From the NCBI GenBank assembly GCA_035084275.1, contig CM068759.1, positions 3,224,001-3,288,000 of the forward strand: DNA of 64,000 bases, read 5' to 3'. The DNA is from Hydrolagus colliei. Taxonomy: Eukaryota. The notes under the pieces were generated by a model. It did no database searches. It had not been told where the DNA came from and saw only the letters and a list, made by a program, of their open reading frames with translations. The translations under genes were made by a program, and so were the position numbers. Positions 37,847-51,233 of the stretch are shown in pieces. Every line of letters starts with the position of its first letter. Within the stretch, counting starts at the first letter, position 1.

Positions 37847-39321
37847 CAACCAGTCTTTGTGTTACTGAATCTAAAAATATCAATAGGATATTTAACCGTG
37901 CAGTGGAGTGTGTGTGTATGTGGGGGTGGGGGGAGGGGAGAATCAAAACCAATTTCAAAGTGGTTCTCACTTATCATCAACGTGAAGACACACATTTTCC
38001 AACACAGATCATTGGGTAACAATCAGAATCAAGATCCCCACCTTCTTAACACAAGAATACTAACAATATCCCATATGAGATGAGCTCATTCAGCATAGAC
38101 CAGAGATTGGAGCTGAGATCTTTCTAATCTGTAAGGTCACTTAGCTAACCCTCAACTGTTATGGCAATGTACAAACCCGTCCCATGTATTTTTAAATCGA
38201 AAGCGAGGTTTTTTGTCAGACCAGGCGATAGTCATGGATCAGGGAGTATTTTTGTGTTTACCTTCCTTAGAAATATTTAGCACATCGCTAACCCCGAGTT
38301 CAATGTAGCAAAGAATACACCAAATTGAAAGCATTGATGTGCATTTACACTCACCAACATTACGACTGCTCTCATGATTTCACAATGGTTTAGCAATGCA
38401 ATTGTACACAGGGAGTTGATTATTGAGGTACATTGCATCTGCACAAAGCGGTTTGTTTGGCTGCAAGAAAACCTACACATTTAACTGTTTACTGCTGCAG
38501 AAAAACAAACAGCGAGAAGAACCCATTTGTACTTGCTGCGTATTTTACCTTCCAAATAATTGATCTTTCAAGCCTTATTTAACACTAATTCGCCCAGTTC
38601 GTCATCTATGCTAATCTGCAATTGAACAAAAGAAAAATTGCAAAAGTTACTTGAAAATTCATGTTTTACCCAGAGAAAGCTTGGTGGGAAATAAAATGTT
38701 GTGTCTGCTCAAGAATCTTTGTCAATGCAAGCTTTTGTTTCAAGTAGATTAAAGCACAATGGGGGGGTTACGCAATAGCAAAGAGATAACACTGGAATGT
38801 TTTGTTTAAAGTGATCATAACAATCGTTGGTTTTATTTGGTGCCTGATTGTCAAATGTTTCAAAGCGCTTCACAAAGAGTTACTGTCAAATGATTGTAGG
38901 CAATTTAGCAAACAATTTGCACACAGCAAGATCCCACAAACTGCCATGAAGTATATGCCCAATTATCGCTGACGAGTTGGAATCAGGATATCAGGGAAAT
39001 TATTTGAACAGCGTGAAAGATGGCATCTGTGATATCCAACAACAACAACAAAATTACACTTGTATAGTCCAGAGGTGACTGTGCAATCAAATGATGCCTT
39101 AAAATACAGGCTTCAAAATGTTGGGGAAGAGGGAAGAAGTTCTTTATACCATTTATTTTAATTGCAACTAGTGTCTATGAGCTGACTAACAGGCTTCAGC
39201 ATGTTATACAATCAATTGCAATGAATCATTATCCATATTCCTTAATATTTCGGTCAGTCAGTCGGTCAGTCGTGCTCTCACCTCTGTGGATTCATGCCAT
39301 AGAATAGTCACACAGGCCACC

Positions 39322-39573
39322 GGATGAGATGTCAAACCAAGATCTACCCACGCAAGTGTCCTTCAAAGATCCAGTGGTACAATTCAAAAAGATAAGTGAA
39401 GTTTCTCATGGTCAACCACCTCCCAGCTACACAAATTCATCATTCACTTGTGTGCAAATTGCTTGTATGCTCACTTTCAAATACACAGTCACTACACTTC
39501 ACAGTAAATACTGTTGAGCCTCTTAAGACATTCCAGCAATGTGAAAGGCACTATATCCAAAACCTGGATTATT
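39322..39573 (+). mobile_element. Old DeuSINE fragment
   Basis: GGATGAGATGTCAAACC...AAAGATCCAGTGG...GTGTGCAAATTG...GTGAAAGGCACTATAT. Confidence 0.6.
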
Positions 39574-40132
39574 TATGATTAGTTTGTGGAACCGAGAGCA
39601 GGCTCATTTTAATAAAATAATCCTACTCAGTGGAATACCTTAAAGGTGGGCGTTTGGTTAGTCATATTTTCTTTTAAAACACAGATTTTAAACATTTTGC
39701 CTTTTTGAAAAAAAAACCGAAATCATGTAAATAAGACTGCGGCTTTCCAGAGAATTTATCTTCCAGACTTTATTTGATGCCATATGTTCTGTTCAGAATG
39801 AATGAAGAATGTATCTGTCAGTCTCTGTGGGCAAGTCAAAGCTGTATTCCAAGACTGTGAATTATCAGTTGTGTGGTGTAGCATTTTACTTCAGCTTCCA
39901 TCAGCGATGGATGCAGCCCCGTCACAAAAGAAAACTCTTCAATTTCTTTTGATAGTGGGATCACAGACCAGAATAATACACTAATGATCCTTTCCCCACA
40001 GATTCGAGTTGAATAAATGCACAGCATTGTGATAAATTGAAATTTCAAAGCTGGTGTGGGAACTCGTATTAGCATCACCCTTGTCTGACAAATAGAACAA
40101 GGCTACAGCGTGGTTTCTCTCTGCCTTAGCCG

Positions 40133-40157
40133 ACACACACACACACACACACACACA
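40133..40157. repeat. (CA)n microsatellite
   Basis: Direct reading. Confidence 0.9.
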
Positions 40158-40614
40158 TATAGAGGATATAAACATTTTCTTTCGCTCAATGATTCGAGAT
40201 TTCTTGGGTCTTTTGTTTGGGGGAGAAAAGCAAAGTCACAGGAAAGTATTAAAAAAAAGCCGGCTGCCTTGTGAACACTGTCAACTCAAATTGCGTACAG
40301 GTACAGCGCTTATATAATACCTTGCGATGGTACATACTGCAGCAATCTATCGTAATAGCCTAATGACAGTATATACGATAGTAACCTATCCGTTGACAGC
40401 AACTGTTTTCTGTGAAGCGCTTTGCGACGTCTAGAAGATGAAAAACGCTATAACAAATGCAAGGATTTATTATTATCAGTTAAAGCCTAGTTATGATACA
40501 GACAGCAACAATCTACCAGGACAGCGAGCTATCATACTGCAGTAATTTAACAATAAATGGCTTGAAATGCACAACAGGTCAATTAGTATCCGGGAAAGAT
40601 ACTAATACTAAAGC

Positions 40615-40725
40615 AGCTCAATGTTTCAGATATGACCCTTCATCTGTTAACCTATCTTTCCCTTTCACATGCTGGTTGACCAGCTACTTGGTATTTACTC
40701 CTTAGATTTCAGGTTTCCAGTGATC
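40615..40725. mobile_element. Decayed, collapsed copy of the Penelope-type palindromic element
   Basis: AATGTTTCAGATATGACCCTTCATC, then TGTTAAC...CATGCTGGTTGACCAGCT...ATTTCAGGTTTCCAG, resembling both arms of 17837-18048. Confidence 0.5.
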
Positions 40726-41449
40726 GTTTTTTTCCCCCCCACCCACTATAGCCGCCTGAATTTTTTACCTTTTATGCCAAATGTTGAATCTGTCAGCCGA
40801 CTGTTATTTGTATAATTACACAGCCTTTTAAAATAACTGAACTGGAAATACACTTTGATGCAGCAGTCTTTCCTTTGAGAGGACTAATTACACCCAATGT
40901 TCAACTGCATATTGCCCAGCTATTGCACCCCTCCTTGTAATCATATTTGTTGCGAGTACCGAACCCACTTTCACACATTACTTGTATTCGGGTGCCACTG
41001 AAGCGTGGACACAGGTATTAGAATGCCTTGCTTTCTGTTAACGCACCATTGGTTGAGTTGCATTCAACTGCAGATGTGATCTTGTAAATGTGGAATCATT
41101 CACACGCGCTACCTGAAAAACGGCAGCGATCTAGAATGGAACGTTAGGCAATCACACGAGGTTCAAAAGGAGAGGAAAAAACATCTTGATGCAGTGATGC
41201 CAACGTTGACATTTTGAACGAAGACCAACACTGATCTTTGCGTAAATCTGGATACAATTTGACCTGACTTGCATCCCGGTAGCAAAGCAAAATGGATTTA
41301 TCTGGGTACAAACTTAAAGTCACAGGCGAATATAAGTTAATTCTATGAGATTAGGCGTTGGGGGGAGGAAGGGTCACTATCTAGGCATGCCAAGGAATTA
41401 AATGGTCATTCTTCACTTTTATTGTTCAGTGCTACTTCCCGGACATGTT

Positions 41450-41452
<3 letters not shown>

Positions 41453-41487
<35 letters not shown>

Positions 41488-41489
41488 TA
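41453..41489. repeat. (TA)n microsatellite
   Basis: Direct reading. Confidence 0.9.
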
Positions 41490-43094
41490 AAAAAAGAATT
41501 TTCACCAACAGTGTTCAGATCACAATCATATCAAAGCTTCATTGCAGGAGAAAGCACACAGTTGCTTCAATAAACAACAACAAATTGACATTTATAGAGC
41601 GCCTTTCACGTCGGGAGGTCGTCCCAACGTGCTTCAAACATTTAAAGGTTCTTATGGGTGGGCTGGGGGTCGTGCAGGTATGACTGGATCTAAGTTACAA
41701 ATTTGCAAACGCAGATTTAGCGCATCCAACTGCAAATTGCAATTTGCAAGGTTCATGTCCGTCATTCACAGATCCTAGCAAAGATCATCCATTTCCGGCA
41801 ACGACAATTTCAGGAGAGGAAGAAAGGAGGCGGGAATTGGTGAAACTCTTTCTTTTGCACAGTCATTCACAAGTGTGAGAGCAATGAATGTTTATTTTGT
41901 TTAAACATTTCAAGATAGGATCATTCTGCATGAGTTTGCAGCTTGTGATTGGCACATCCATAAATTGTACAAACTGCTTAAGTGGGAGTGGGGCAGAAGC
42001 AGAATCACCCTGGATCACACACTACTACAGCTACAGAACCACAGCAAGACAGACAGAGAGAGAGAGAGAGAGAGAGTGAACCCACCAAACCAGGTGATCT
42101 GAAAGAGTCTGACATTTGTTAACATAGCTCGAGGCAACAGAGCTCGGATTACTGTTGGAGTAGAACGTGCAGTATCGACCATTAAAAATAAAGCTTTGTG
42201 TGTGAAATAAGGAAAGAAAGCCCACTGATCATTGTCATGAAAAAAAATGATATTACCTTGAAAACTAGGTTAAAGGTATCCTTGTTGTTTCTGGAAATAT
42301 ATCTGAAAGATCTATCCATAATTCACTTTTCTCTCAATCATTTCAACCGGAGATGAATAAAATAATAATCCTTGCGTTTGATCATGTACCTTATCACATC
42401 ATCGAAACGCTTTACGGGATTTACTGTACATTGTAATGCGCGGACTGTTTATTTGGAGGCAAGCAGATTGCACCTTTGGCAAGGTGGGACCGATCGTAGT
42501 CTTCTCAATTAAGATCGCTGTTTCTTTCTCTTCCATGCATGACTCCCCTTTCTCTAGGTCTGAGAGACTGGATAAATGATCTGCTGCTGGGCCTGTCAAC
42601 GCAGCTGTTGATCCGGTCACTGGGAGATATCCTGAGGTGAATCAGTTGCTGGTTTCCTTGTGGCAAGCACCGAATCTCTGCCGACCCACCATCTGTTGTC
42701 TCTCAGTGGGGGCCCAGATCAAGAGCTCAGCTGATGGCCTATTCCAGATGTGAGCCATCGTTTTACTGCACCACAGAACAGCACACAGCCCACAAGAACA
42801 ATGCTTTTCGAATGGAAATAACTGCAGGCAAATGAAAAGTGAGTGGGTATAGTGCTAATTATCACGGGTGATAATTATCACATACCACATTATCCCCAGA
42901 TTTTTTTCCAGCTTCAGCGCTTTGGGACGTCCTCCCACCGTGAAAGGCATTATATAAGTGCAATTTTGTTGTTGTTCTGTTATTAGATAAACCAACGCCA
43001 TGTTCCCTTGCTATATCTGTCGGAATTTGGGACAGATTACTCAAGATCATGGCGCAGAATCCCAAATTGTCTGGTAATCTGGCAAAGCACGTGC

Positions 43095-43210
43095 AGGCTA
43101 AGATTTTTTTTTACTCAGAGAGTTGATACGATCTGGAATACACTGCCTGAAAGCGTGGTGGAAGCAGATTCGATAGTAGCTTTCACAAGGCAATTGGCTG
43201 GAAAAGGAAA
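43095..43210 (+). mobile_element. CR1 LINE ORF2 C-terminus remnant
   Basis: Translates FFFTQRVDTIWNTLPESVVEADSIVAFTRQL, the canonical CR1 end motif (FF.QRVV..WN.LP..VV.A....FK..LD). Confidence 0.85.
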
Positions 43211-43250
43211 AATTGACACTTCCAAAGACACATGTAGATACAAATTAAAT

Positions 43251-43302
43251 TGCTATTAATGCTATAATAGCAATGCTACTAATAGCTATTAATGCTATTA
43301 AT
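43251..43302. repeat. Imperfect TGCTATTAA minisatellite
   Basis: TGCTATTAATGCTATAATAGCAATGCTACTAATAGCTATTAATGCTATTAAT. Confidence 0.7.
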
Positions 43303-44859
43303 CTTGCAATCTATTTATTTAGCCCCAAATAAATTTAGATTTCTTCGTTCTATTAAATGACGGTGTTGCACAGATTTAATAAATTGTAATACACTTGGAC
43401 AAGTAAAGGTAAAACAATAATCAGGTGATCATAACATCAAATAACATACAGTATTTACATGAAACCCTCAGAAGCTACATTAATTTTATTACGATGTTGG
43501 AAACTGATCAACCAATTAAACTGAGTCATGGAGGTCAGCAGTGAGTTAAACTATTCTACAAAAAATAAACTTCCTCTGAACGTTGGAAAATTTACAGAGT
43601 AAAAAAATGTGTGATGTATTAATAGAATAACTGTTCATGATTTGAAGCACTTATACATCCACATAGTCTACCAAGCCTGGCACAAGTAAACAGAGAGCTC
43701 AGTGTTTTGCATTTGGAAGTACCATCATATCAGTAAACATTTTAACTGAAAATTTAACATTTTTACTGCTAAACAGCTGCAGGATATACAAGTATAACAG
43801 CTTATTCTAAGGCACACAGTGGGTTATCTAAGCATTTCTGAAAAGAAATCATCTGCCAGTTTCATTTTGCTCAGTGGGAGATCCTCAATGACATATTGTT
43901 TTAAGATGATGGTGGATCCTTGGGTCTTTTCAAAACCTTGTGCGTGGGACACACTGAATCAAATTAATGATCTGCAAAGATCCAATTTAAGGCAGTCATT
44001 TAAACGGTAAAGGAACTGGCCGACACGTAAGAGATTAATCTTGTGAATAAAAAAGATATTCCCTCAGTCGAGTTTCTCACACCGTCAAACAACAAGTGTC
44101 AACCACCCCTTATGAAGAAGACTCAACGCACTAGAGTTTAAAAAAAAATTAGATTTGACATTTCAGTCAAGGTGCAAATTGCCATGGTCTCTGACGAGAT
44201 AACTGGCCAGGAAAATAACATGGAACACAAGCTTTGTGTCTACAACTGATTCAACTTATATTGTTGAAAAAGGTCATCACATAATCACATTCAGAATAAA
44301 ATAAACACATTCAGAAAACACGTTCAACACTTCTACATCTCCTCATCTGGAGACATTGAATCACAGCAAGTTAATGTCAGGTACTTTTCATTCAAAACTT
44401 TGGTATATGTTAATGGCGTGACATTAACCGACACTGTAAAAGAAAAGGTCAGTATTTTTTTTACTGAATTATAGGTGCTGGCCTATAAGGAATTTCCTGC
44501 TTGCAAGAATAAAAGTTAATTTGCTATATCAGTTCTGTACGGATATTTTGACCTGCTCAATACAATCAATGATGCTTTAGGCTGATCATATCCACCACTG
44601 CTTTCACAACATAATTTTTTCTGTTGGAATTTACTGATTAAAAGTTTACTGATGAAGCAGCAAGTTATTTTGACACAGTGGATTTGACTATCAATATCAC
44701 AGAGAATTTTTTGTTCAAAATATCAGGCGTATATATTGTGACCACTGACTATCAATCCTAATGCAATATGGCTGTGTAGGTTGGAAGCTGTCAGTCACAA
44801 TGATGGTTGTTCTAAACAGGCTACTCTGACAGTAGAGAGCTTTTATTCCATTTCAAATG

Positions 44860-45090
44860 CTACCTTGGGATCTTTAAGGTCCAAGTGAGCAGATAGGCAG
44901 GTCTTTGGTTAATGTATCATGCGAGGGACAGCTCCTTCAACAATGTAGTCAACACTCTAGTCCAAGAAGGTAGTCAACAATCTAGTCCATCCCAGCACCA
45001 ACACTACTTTAGAGCCATCAGCTTTGAATGTGAAGTCCCAGCACTCCGTCAGAACACATCTGCTGAAATCAACCTGGCTTACATCCTTGC
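44860..45090 (-). mobile_element. Old DeuSINE 5' half containing a 25-nt internal duplication
   Basis: CCTTGGGATCTTTAAGGTCC...GGTTAATGTATCAT. GTAGTCAACA(C/A)TCTAGTCCA occurs twice. Confidence 0.55.
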
Positions 45091-47034
45091 TGGAGTCATC
45101 ATCAGAGACGACAGCAATCATGTGCAATGCAGCCACCAACCTCCACTTCTATGAGCTCAACCCATCCAAATTGTATCACCTATCATGTTTTAATGTTCAC
45201 CTAACAGTCCTGCCACTGAGATTGAAATAGCAAATCAGCCATTAGGCAAACTGCCCACGTCCTTCACTAAAGTATCATCTGTTCAATTCAAAGCAGCAAA
45301 AAATAAAGTCTGCCATTCATCTCTTCATTATTTTGCTTGACTATAAGTGCAAAGAGCAGCAGGAACAAAATTCTCATTCCCAATTATCCAAAATCATGCA
45401 CTCAATCGCTTTGTCACTTTTAATGTAACACTCCAACACTTTGTCAAAATGCTTGATAAACAGCATTAGCTTGTCTGGGACTTGTTCAGAATTCTCATGA
45501 CGTACAGAGTAAAATAGTTTGAAACCAATAAAAATCTATAATTGCTTCTCACCTTAAACCAATCTTAAATCTCTAGTTAATGAATTGTCTCAGTATATAT
45601 GGTCTTTACAAATTCAAAGAACAAATACCCGATTTTCCAATAAAATGCATTTACCTCTGAAAGCAAATATGTTCAGTTATGTCCAGTCTTTGTTATTAAA
45701 GTTAAATGCAATACTGTACATCCCTTGCCTGCTGGGGCTTCAGTTCATAAGGCCGAAAACATGTCCGCGGACTAGCTGGTCACAATCAGCAGGGTGTTGA
45801 ATTAAGCTAACCTTACCTGGCTTTGTCATTATTGTCTCTTCAAAGCCAGTTCAGCCGACAGACTCCCTGCTTAACTTTACCCCATGGGGAGGTTCTTATT
45901 TTTCACTCATTACACCTAGAAGGGGCGAAGGGCCGAGGGGATCCACAAGTATCTGAACCCATAGAATGTTTTTTATTGCAAGTCCAGGGCTCGAAAACAG
46001 ACCTAGTTTTTCTATCTAATAATAATAATATTCATACCAGAACACCCAAAATATGTAAAATGTTAGCTTTCAAAGCTGACGTCGTCCACATCATGTTAAA
46101 TATGAACCCATTTACGAGCTGCTACACTTATATAATTGAAAACAAATGTAATAGCTCCAGGCACGTGTAATGATGGTGTGATTACATCAGGTCTGCCCAA
46201 ACACCTCAAAAACACCACAATTTGGCCTCACTCCAATCTGCGAGCCCAGGATACAAATGAAAGATTCAAACTGGAATTCCAGTCGAAGGAACTTTGGAAA
46301 GTCGACAGCATTAAGTTCACTTTAATGCAGCTGTCATTCAGAAAGTTACACTGGCTGGGAATCCAGTGCAAAGTGGTTCATGTGAATTGTGTTGCAACTC
46401 ATTTTGTGCAAGTCACACTTCCAAATGCGGGTAAATCACTTTCCAATATTAGCAAAGCAAAAAGACAAAGCAATTCATCAATGCTCAGAAGCAGGACTGC
46501 TGCTCCCTCCCTCATTGATCCTTTATTGTCTCAGTTCTGCTGTCTGCGATCCTTGGTGACCTATTAGCTATTTCTCCTTTACTTCTTTCTCGACTGTTCG
46601 GCTAAAGCTGCAAGGAGTGTTTTATTCCTCCCAGGATTTCATACCAGCATTGCTTTTCTAAAAGTTAATTTAAATCTCATCAAATGGATTTGAGCAAAGG
46701 GGGCGATGGGGGTGGTGGGTGGGGCGGGGTGGGGGGGGAGGGGTAGAATATTGTATTCATGTTCTGGCTCTAGCGGGGGCTTGATGTTTACTAACCCTTG
46801 CAAAGGAGATCCAAACAACCGAATGCATTTTATAACAAAACATTAAAACATCCGTAACATAGAAAATTAATGAGCACATGTGTCTTTGATAAGAATTGTT
46901 GATGCGCACAAACTCCAACAAGTAATATATCACACAACTTTAAGGAGCAAGCGCCAGAACTGAAAATAAGTTGATCCATTTCATACAGAAACAAGACCCA
47001 ACTATCTACTTGAGGTAGATAGTTTGGCCCCATT

Positions 47035-47387
47035 TTCGCGATTGTTTGTGGGGACACTGCTGTGCGCAATTTGGCTGCCGTGTTTCGCCCACAAGTATAC
47101 AGTCGACTTTCCTGCTTTTCTTCCCCCTGCCTCGACCCCTCCCCTTTTGCTTCTTTACCCACTTTTGCCCCTAGCCCCACTTCCGTGACTGATTGTGGGA
47201 CACTGCTGTGCGCAATTTGGCTGCCACGTTTCGCCCACTAATATACAGTTACTTTTCCTACTATTCTTCATCCTGCCCTGATCCTTCCCACCCTGCTCTT
47301 GTCCTACCTGACTGTACAGCGCCTTGGGATGTCCTCTCGACGTGAAAGGCGCTATATAAATGTAAGTTTTGTTGTTTGTTGTTGTTG
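47035..47387 (+). mobile_element. Tandem dimer of a chimeric SINE: Deu core plus L2 3'UTR and (GTT)n tail
   Basis: Two units, each TGTGGG(G)ACACTGCTGTGCGCAATTTGGCTGCC...TATACAGT plus a pyrimidine-rich L2-like 3'UTR. The second ends GTGAAAGGCGCTATATAAATGTAAG(TTG)n. Confidence 0.8.
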
Positions 47388-48204
47388 AGGTCAGCTTCAG
47401 CACTGCCCAAACTGATGTAAATAATTCATAACATGTCTGCCTGGATTTGCCTAAGTTTGTTCCTGTGACCTTGATGTGTGCTACTTTTCTACTTTAATTT
47501 AGCTCAATTTTGGCTGAAGCTTTTCATTGCTAATTCTTGCTGTGCCACACAGTGTTGGACTGCTTAAAATATGACTGCAGGATGTTTGATAATTGTACAG
47601 TCATTTGCGCAGTTTCAGATATTTTGCCCTTCCTGACTATAAGACTGAAAAATATAAGACTATTATTAGATGCGTGGGATTGCGGAGTGGAAAGAAAGAG
47701 ACTTTTCATCCTTAGGGTTCTAAATATTATACACTAAACACAGCCTTCAGGTAACCCCAGGTTGTGACATGACTCAGACCCACAAGTTTTCCTGTGAATA
47801 ACACATTAATTCCAACTGCAAGCTGCAACACATTAATTCCAACTGCAATTCCACAAGATAGAATTACATAGATACGGCATGTGATATGGCATGGAAACAG
47901 ACCAACTGGTCCTTGCCGGAAAGATTTTTGTACTTTTGTAAATTTAAACATGAAATATGTAGCTAGATATTATCCTACATGAATTAAAGTCACCTCGTTG
48001 CTTGGTTTTCTTTAACCTCGCTTTCGGGGAAGGCAATTTTAATTATGATGACCTTAAATGTGCCTGTGATGGAATGCATTTCCAATGTCGCTAAAATCAT
48101 TGGGTTAAAACAAATACACGTAGCCAATTTTGCAATATTTCCTAATTAAGTAATCTTAGTGGAGAACTATCTGCCTGTAAACTGAAACATGTCAGATCAA
48201 TCTA

Positions 48205-48320
48205 ATAAGAAATTTCAAGGATATGAGGAAAGAGCAGGGGAGTGGGACTAATTGGATGCTCTTTCAACGTGCCGGCACAGGCACATTGGTCCAAATGGCT
48301 TTCTTCTGTGCTGTAGGATT
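48205..48320 (+). mobile_element. CR1 3' tail
   Basis: GCAGGGGAGTGGGACTAATTGGATGCTCTTTCAACGTGCCGGCACAGG...AATGGCTTTCTTCTGTGCTG. Homologous to 29198-29330. Confidence 0.75.
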
Positions 48321-51157
48321 GGACAATTCTATCAATTTTTGAAGGATGCCCTGTTCTGAAAATACATAAGGTTAGAAGGGTTTCAAACAAATCCGCATTC
48401 CGTATTTCTTAATTAAGAAACACCATTAAGAAATCACGCAGTACTGACTTCAAAGTTTCCTAAGTTCTTCCGTGAGCATGTTGCCAGAAAAGAGAGAAGT
48501 GTCACTTATAAAAAAGCAACACTCATGCTCTGTGTACCAAGGACCTTGGAACAACTATACCCGAGATCATGAGGTGTTATGTTCGAGTCCTGTTCTGGCA
48601 TTACCTTCAGTGCATTTTCCCTTGTTCAGATATAACCAAACCCCTGAATGTCAGACAGCCTGTCAATGGAAAGACATTCTTTCAGTTGAGATATTGTTAG
48701 TTCAGAATAAGACGTGGAAATGACATGACCTAGTTTACAACTCCTAACGTAAGTCAGATAATGTCAAGAAACCCATCACTTTAAGGAAAATCTTTATCCA
48801 CCGTTACTCCAATGTTGGGATTTCAAATAACAATGCAAGTCATTAAATTGAATGAACAACTACTGTTCATGACAGTTGTAACAATATGGTCTAGAATATG
48901 GTTGACACACGGTCGAAGAATTACATCAGCAACACACTCATGTAGCTTGAAAGTCTGTTTTCAATTGCCTTTAATACTTTGCCTTCATTGACTGTCTGGA
49001 GAAAACGATTTCTACTATGTAGAACGATGAGCTTTATGGACTCCAGGTTATTATTATAAATAATTTTCTTTTACCTGTTCATGCAATTTAACTGAAAAAA
49101 AAAAGACAGCGTATGTCTCCAGTGCAAATTCATCGTGACATTTTGAGCAGCTGAGTATAACCCTTGCCATTTTATATGCGAAACTCCCATTGATTTGATC
49201 AGAGTTAGCACATCATATCACAGCTAAAATACAGTGGCAGTCAGGTTTTGGCAGTATTGGAAGTGAATCCATGCTGATGTTGGCCTTGCATATCCAGTTT
49301 TACTATAGCTGATTTCAAATGGACTTTTAAACTTAAAAACAATTTTCAAGCAAGTTCCTGGGTGGCCTGATGAAGCAAAACCTTAAGGTTTTCATTTTCT
49401 AAAAGACCCAGTCAACACTCCGAGCCCTTTTATTAATAATCTAAAAATTAACCGTCATTTGGCAACCAGTTAATTGAGGTCCCCCCAGCCCTGAGCAAGA
49501 GTAGATAGGGACAGAAAATCCTGTTTTCCACTCCTAATTGCTTCAGTGGCAAAGAAAAAGCATTAGAGTGTGAAGTTATATTAGGATCCAATCTTTTCCT
49601 GGATGCCAACAACTTAAAAGAGTTGCATTTGGGATCCTCACTCCACAAATTGCTGCTACGAGTCTTATCGATGATTGACAAGGCTGCTGCAAGAATGTCA
49701 CACTAACTGCTGTCTCGCTTTTGTTTCTCTGTCAGACTGATGCAGTCAATCAAATATATATATACTGTATATATATTTTTTAAAATAAAGTTGCTCCCAT
49801 CCTCATAACCTTGTCGACGGGAAGTAAAGAAAGAGTAAATCAAAGTAGAAAAAGTCGAAAAAAAACAGAGCAATCACAGTAGAGTGAAAAAAACAACACA
49901 ACATTGCAATTACCTACTTTTTGTTTTAAAAAAATGTACTTGAATTTTAAAGATGAGCCTGTAAAATCCATGTACTGTACAACAACGACAACTTTGACTC
50001 ATATAGCACCAGACAGCGTCTCAGAGTGCTTCACAATAACGGATTTCCTCTCTGTACAGAGAGGAAAGTGCACAACTGTAAAACCCTTTACTGATTATCT
50101 AGAAATTCAGCGCCAGATCAGGTGTAAAATGAATTCCCGAAGATCTATTTCTCAGCTGAACCGAGCTTGTGGGTGCAGCCAAGCTTTGTGCAATTGTCGA
50201 TATGTGCGCAAATCAGATTCTCCATCAGTTGCATTCGAGTTCTTCGGGACGCTACCCTGCATGAAGGATGCTATCTAAATGCAAGTTGTTGTTGCTGTGT
50301 TTAAACATAACGGACGGTGTCATCCTTTGCAGATTTTTGACATTAACAACTATAGTTGTTTAATGAATTCCATATGTTCGATGGAGTTTTGAACCGTCAA
50401 ATAAAATACAGAATGGTAGCAGCACTCAAGTGATACGTTAGGAAGTGCGGATACAGTATTTGCAAAAAAGAAAAGGCCATCAGGAATATTTATCAGCTCT
50501 AACGTCAGATTTATGCCTTGCATTACTCTCTTGTGTACAACGTGTCTCGCCCACTCAGCAGTCAATCACATAATGACTTTCCCATGCATTCGTGACCAAT
50601 CTTGGGAGGGTATTGATGCAATATCTCCATGGTTCTTCCCAATTAGTTGCAGTCTGGTTTGGTATTCCTAGAGTAGAGTGGATATTAAATAGCTTATAGC
50701 AATCAATTTTGGGGGTTTAAAATGAAGATAGGAGGAACAATACTGTAATCGGATCAAATGAACAGAATGCAGCTGTAGGTAGTTATTCACGGTTCTCTGC
50801 AAAATGCTTGAGGCACCAGTGAATCGCAGGATCCCACCTCAAAAACAATTCTCTCGGCAGAACAAACATCAACTTGTTTAAAGGGAGATTGTAAATTTGA
50901 AACTTGTTCTTCTCTCGCACAATATTTAGTTAACATGTCAAGCTGGCTGGTAATAGGGTTATGGGTTCTCGCTCCACGTGGAGTCTTTGAACTCATGGTG
51001 CATAACCATAGACACACTTTCGCACTCTCTTCATTCCCGTGCATTCATTCCATGGCAATCACTCATTGAGTTCCTCTTGATCTCTTCGAACAAAATAGTT
51101 CGATATAAGCAATACATTTATTCTCTTTTCATTATCAACCAGTTAAATTCATACAGA

Positions 51158-51233
51158 TAATAATTATAATAATCGAAACACAGGTCTCACGCTTGTAAGG
51201 TGAGTGCTCTAACCACTGAGCTACAGGACACCA
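51158..51233 (-). mobile_element. SINE tRNA-like head fused directly to an AT-rich tail
   Basis: TAATAATTATAATAATC|GAAACACAGGTCTCACGCTTGTAAGGTGAGTGCTCTAACCACTGAGCTACAGGACACCA. Confidence 0.75.

Noticed and set aside
37521-37970. 149-aa ORF, and similarly the ORFs at 52367-52735, 22437-22676 and 46830-47180
   Set aside because: These are chance open frames through SINE copies.
46136-46567. 143-aa plus-strand ORF
   Set aside because: No recognisable homology, splice structure or codon signal; antisense to cdh4.
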